Made by a program: the position numbers and the translations under genes
Notes under the pieces: generated by a model
Told to the model about the DNA's origin: nothing
Seen by the model: the letters and a program-made list of their open reading frames with translations, nothing else
Database searches by the model: none
Source: Eledone cirrhosa
Taxonomy: Eukaryota
Assembly: GCA_964016885.1 (NCBI GenBank)
Contig: OZ024743.1
Span: forward strand, 138,136,001-138,200,000
Length of the DNA stretch: 64,000 nt
Direction: 5' to 3'
Shown here: one piece after another, positions 59,901-64,000 of the stretch
Position numbering within the stretch: the stretch's first letter is position 1
Layout of the letters: every line of letters begins with the position of its first letter

Positions 59901-62900
59901 GGTGTTTGGTGTTTGGTGTTTGGTGCTTGGTGCTTGGTGCTTGGTGCTGGGTGGTTGGTGTTTGGTGCTTGGTGATTAGTGTTTGGTGCTATGTGCTTGG
60001 GGTTTGGTGCTTGGTGCTTGGTGTTAGGTGTTTGGTGCTTGGTGCTTGCTGTTTGCTGTTTGCTGTTTGGTGTTTGTTGTTTGGTGTTTGTTGATTGGTG
60101 TTTGCTGTTTGGTGCTTGGTGCTTGGTCTTTGGTGCTTGGTGTTTGGTGTTTGGTGCTTGGTGCTTTGTGTTTGGTGCTTGGTGATTAGTGTTTGGTGCT
60201 TGGTGCTTGGGGTTTGGTGTTTGGTGCTTGGTACTTGGTGTTTGGTGCTTGGTGTTTGGTGTTTGCTGTTTGGTGTTTGGTGTTTGGTGTTTGCTGTATG
60301 GTGTTTGCTGTTTCGTGTTTGGTGTTTGCTGTTTGGTGTTTGATGTTTGCTGTTTGGTGTTTGGTCTTTGGTGCTTGGTGTTTGGTGCTTGGTGCTTGGT
60401 GTATGGTGTTTGGTGCTTGGTGTTTGGTGTTTGGTGCTTGGTGCTTGGTGCTTGGTGTTTGGTGTTTGGTGTTTGGTGCTTGGTGTCTGGTGCTTGGTGT
60501 TTGGTGTTTGGTGTTTGGTGCTTGGTGTTTGGTGTTTGGTGTTTGGTGTTTGGTGCTTGTTGCTTGGTACTTGGTGCTTGGTGTTTGGTGCTTGGTGCTT
60601 GGTGTTTGGTGCTGGGTGCTTGGTGTTTGGTGCTTGGTGCTTGGTGCTTGGTGTTTGGTGTTTGGTGCTTGGTGCTTGGTGCTTGGTGTTTGGTGTTTGG
60701 TGCTTGGTGTTTTATGCTTGGTGTTTGATATTTGGTGCTTGGTGCTTGGTGTTTGGTGCTTGGTGCTTGGTGTTTGTACTTGGTGCTTGGTGCTTGGTTC
60801 TTGGTGTTTGGTGCTTGGTGTTTGGTGCTTGGTGCTTGGTGTTTGGTGCTTGGTGTTTGGTGCTTGGTGTTTGGTGCTTGGTGCCTGGTGCTTGGTGCTT
60901 GGTGCTTGGTGTTTGGTGCTTGGTGTTTGGTGCTTGGTATTAGGTGTTTGGTGCTTGGTGCTTGGTGTTTGGTGTTTGGTGCTTGGTGTTTGGTGCTTGG
61001 TGCTTGGTGTTTGGTGTTTGGTGCTTGGTGTTTGGTGCTTGGTACTTGGTGCTTGGTGCTTGGTGTTAGGTGTTTGGTGCTTGATGCTTGGTGTTTGGTT
61101 TTTGGTGCTTGGTGCTTGGTGTTCGGTGTTTGGTGCTTGCTGCTGGCTGCTTGGTGTTTGGTGCTTGGTGATTGGTGCTTGGTGTTTGGTGCTTGGTGTT
61201 TGGTGTTTGGTACTAGGTGCTTGGTGCTTGTTGTTTGGTGCTTGGTGCTTGGTGTTTGGTGTTTGGTGCTTGGTGCTTGGTGTTTGGTGCTTGGTGCTGG
61301 GTGCTGGGTGGTTGGTGTTTGGTGTTTGGTGTTTGGTGCTGGGTGCTTGGTGTTTGGTGCTTGGTGCTTGGTCTTTGGTGTTTGGTGTTTGGTGTTTGGT
61401 GCTTGGTGCTTGGTGCTTGGTGTTTGGTGCTTGGTGCTTGGTGTTTGGTGCTTGGTGCTTAGTGTTTGGTGCTAGGTGCTTGGGGTTTGGTGTTTGGTGC
61501 TTGGTGCTTGGTGTTTGGTGCTTGGTGCTTGGTGTTTGGTGTTTGGTGCTTGGTGCTTGGTGTTTGGTGTTTGGTGTTTGCTGTTTGGTGTTTGGTGTTT
61601 GGTGTTTGCTGTTTGGTGTCTGCTTTTTGGTGTTTGGTGTTGGCTGTATGTTATTTGCTGTTTGGTGTTTGGTGTTTGGTGTTTGGTGCTTGGTGCTTGG
61701 TGTTTGGTGTTTGGTGCTTGGTGCTTGGAGTTTGGTGTTTGGTGCTTGGTGCTTGGTGTTTTGTGTCTGGTGTTTGGTTTTTGGTGCTTGGTGCTTGGTG
61801 CTTGTTGCTTGGTCCTTGGTGTTTGGTGCTTGGTGCTTGGTGTTTGTACTTGGTGCTTGGTGCTTGGTGTTTGTTTCTCGGTTCTTGGTGTTTGGTACTT
61901 GGTGCTTGGTGCTTGGTGCTTGGTGTTTGGTGTTTGGTGCTTGGTGTTTGGTGCTTGGTGCTTGGTGCTTGGTGTTAGGTGTTTGGTGCTTGGTGCTTGG
62001 TGTTTGGTGCTTGGTGTTTGGTGTTTGCTGTTTGGTGTTTGGTGCTTGGTGTTTGGTGTTTGCTGTTTGGTGTCTGCTTTTTGGTGTTTGGTGTTTGCTG
62101 TATGGTGTTTGCTGTTTCGTGTTTGGTGTTTGCTGTTTGGTGTTTGGTGTTTGCTGTTTGGTGTTTGGTCTTTGGTGCTTGGTGTTTGGTGCTTGGTGCT
62201 TGGTGTTTGGTGTTTGGTGCTTGGTGCTTGGTGCTTCGTGTTTGGTGTTTGGTGCTTGGTGTCTGGAGCTTGGTGTTTGGTGTTTGGTGCTTGGTGTTTG
62301 GTGTTTGGTGCTTGGTGCTTGGTGTTTGGTGCTTGGTGCTTGGTGTTTGTACTTGGTGCTTGGTGCTTGGTGTTTGGTGCTTGGTTCTTGGTGTTTGGTG
62401 CTTGGTGTTTGGTGCTTGGTGCTTGGTGTTTGGTGCTTGGTGCTTGGTGTTTGGGGTTTGGTGCTTGGTGCTTGGTGCTTGGTGTTTGGTGTTTGGTGCT
62501 TGGTGCTTGGTGTTTGGTGTTTGGTTCTTGGTGCTTGGTATTTGGTGCTTGGTGCTTGCTGCTTGGTGTTTGGTGCTTGGTGATTGATGCTTGGTGTTTG
62601 ATGCTTGGTGCTTGGTGTTTGGTTTTTGGTGCTAGGTGCTTGGTGCTTGGTGTTTGGTGCTTGGTGTTTGGTGTTTGCTGCTTGGTGCTTGGGGCTTGGT
62701 GTTTGGTACTTGGTGCTTGGTGCTTGGTGTTTGGTGCTTGGTGCTTGGTGTATGGTGTTTGGTGTTTGGTGCTTGGTGTTTGGTGTTTGGTGCTTGGTGC
62801 TTGGTGTTTGTTGCTTGGTACTTGGTTCATCGTGTTTGGTGCTGGGTGCTTGGTGTTTGGTGCTTGGTGCTTGGTGTTTGGTGTTTGGTGCTTGGTGTTT

Positions 62901-64000
62901 GGTGTTTGGTGCTTGGTGCTTGGTGTTTGTTGCTTGGTACTTGGTGCATGGTGTTTGGTGCTGGGTGCTTGGTGTTTGGTGCTTGGTGTTTGGTGCTTGG
63001 TGCTTGGTGTTTGGTGTTTGGTGTTTGATGCTTGGTGTTTGATGCTTGGTGCTTGGTGCTTGGTGTTTGGTGCTTGGTGTTTGTACTTGGTGCTTGGTGT
63101 TTTGTGCTTGGTTCTTTGTGTTTGGTGTTTGGTGCTTGGTGCTTGGTGCTTGGTGTTAGGTGTTTGGTGCTTGGTGCTTGGTGTTTGGTGTTTGGTCCTT
63201 GGTGCTTGGTGTTTGTTGTTTGGTGCTTTCTGCTTGCTGCTTGGCGTTTGGTGCTTGGTGCTTGGTGCTTGGTGTTTGGTGTTTGGTGCTAGGTGCTTGG
63301 TGTTTGGTGTTTGGTGTTTGATGCTTGGTGTTTGGTACTTGGTGTTTGGTGTTTTGTGCTTGGTGCTTGGGGCTTGGTGTTTAGTGCTTGGTGCTTGGTG
63401 CTTGGTGTTTGGTGCTTGGTGCTTGGTGTTTGGTGTTTGGTATTTGGTGCTTGGTGCTTGGTGTTTGGTGCTTGGTGCTTGGTGCTGGGTGGTTGGTATT
63501 TGGTGCTTGGTGCTTGGTGTTTGGTGCTTGGTGCTTGGTGCTTGGTCTTTGGTGCTTGGTGCTTGGTGCTTGGTCTTTGGTGCTTGGTGTTTGGTGCTTG
63601 GTGCTTGGTGCTTGGTGTTTGGTGCTTGGTGATTAGTGTTTGGTGCTTGGTGCTTGGGGTTTGGTGTTTGGTGCTTGGTACTTGGTGTTTGGTGCTTGGT
63701 GTTTGGTGTTTGCTGTTTGGTGTTTGGTGTTTGCTGTTTGCTGTTTGCTGTTTGCTTTTTGGTGTTTGGTGTTTGCTGTATGGTGTTTGCTGTTTGGTGT
63801 TTGGTGTTTGCTGTTTGGTGTTTGGTGTTTGCTGTTTGGTCTTTGGTGCTTGGTGTTTGGTGCTTGGTGCTTGGTGTTTGGTGTTTGGTGCTTGGTGCTT
63901 GGTGTTTGGTGTTTGTTGCTTGGTGCTTGGTGCTTGGTGTTTGGTGTTTGGTGTTTGGTGCTTGGTGTCTGGTGCTTGGTGTTTGGTGTTTGGTGTTTGG
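55350..64000 (+). repeat. ~4.8 kb higher-order repeat, about 1.8 copies visible, probably continuing past the window end
   Basis: TTGTAC pairs 56010/60774 (4764), 57073/61844 (4771) and 58263/63081 (4818). Matching ORF pairs are 55425/60189, 56695/61466 and 57787/62605. Confidence 0.9.

Larger units (their letters stand above)
1..64000 (+). repeat. Heptanucleotide tandem satellite array (TTGGTGC/TTGGTGT)n, ~9,150 units, running off both window edges
   Basis: The unit is directly readable throughout, with two dominant forms that differ only at position 7 (C/T). The plus strand is G/T-rich and nearly A-free. I saw no orientation switch and no non-repeat insert. Spacings between TTGTAC landmarks equal 7n-1 except where one of 11 visible off-length units explains the difference. 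Confidence 0.99.

Noticed and set aside
7-63086. CRISPR-like reading with TTGTAC-centred motifs as repeats and the C/T strings as spacers
   Set aside because: Intervals are 0.4-2.8 kb, consist of the same heptamer and are duplicated rather than unique. There is no palindromic repeat, leader or cas gene.
1-64000. Hundreds of long plus-strand ORFs (WCLVLGA repeats, up to 1502 aa) resembling membrane or Cys/Trp-rich proteins
   Set aside because: All three frames give the same heptad. Stops are rare only because the strand lacks A, and most starts are TTG within the repeat. There is no unique domain, codon-position bias or regulatory context.
1-64000. Canonical telomere tract (TTAGGG, TTTAGGG, TTAGG)
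   Set aside because: The consensus lacks A and GGG. TTAGG occurs only as scattered single TAGGTG variant units.
1-64000. Stable G-quadruplex array
   Set aside because: Only GG dinucleotides with 5-nt loops are present, allowing at best weak two-tier structures. GGG/GGGG variants are isolated and never form four closely spaced tracts.
1-64000. Fungal RIP or CpG-deamination signature as the source of variation
   Set aside because: The array is saturated with TG/CA targets that remain overwhelmingly intact, and TA variants are a small minority. The main C/T polymorphism is in CpT context.
1-64000. Pure basecalling or sequencing artefact
   Set aside because: Rare variants recur in the same order at exact multi-kb offsets and the 7-bp register is almost indel-free, which random error would not produce. 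Local copy-number misassembly remains possible.
1-64000. Embedded transposon, tRNA/rRNA, inverted repeat or terminator
   Set aside because: No non-heptamer segment and no reverse-orientation (CACCAA) tract was seen on the plus strand, and the phase book-keeping leaves no evidence of an insert.

Overview
The whole 64 kb window is one uninterrupted, single-orientation satellite array of the heptamer TTGGTG(C/T) (minus strand (G/A)CACCAA), about 9,150 units. I found no gene, RNA gene, mobile element, CRISPR array or unique-sequence island. Every ORF in the track is a by-product of a 7-bp, A-poor repeat: each plus frame reads WCLV(L/F)G(A/V) and each minus frame reads TKHQ(A/T)P(S/N). The information lies in the variant units. 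A recurrent 6-bp unit TTGTAC (62 copies by manual count), 11 other off-length units and many point-variant units reveal nested higher-order structure: ~0.4-1.7 kb modules, tandem duplications with periods of 588, 658, 748, 1412, 1706, 1714, 2097, 2588, 2790, 3265 and 5126 bp, a ~4.8 kb five-module cycle, and a block repeated 27.6-29.3 kb downstream that brackets a young, near-identical expansion at ~35-51 kb. This looks like eukaryotic heterochromatic (centromeric, pericentromeric or subtelomeric) satellite DNA, but the organism and function cannot be determined from this window. All counts and offsets were made by hand, and block boundaries are approximate.
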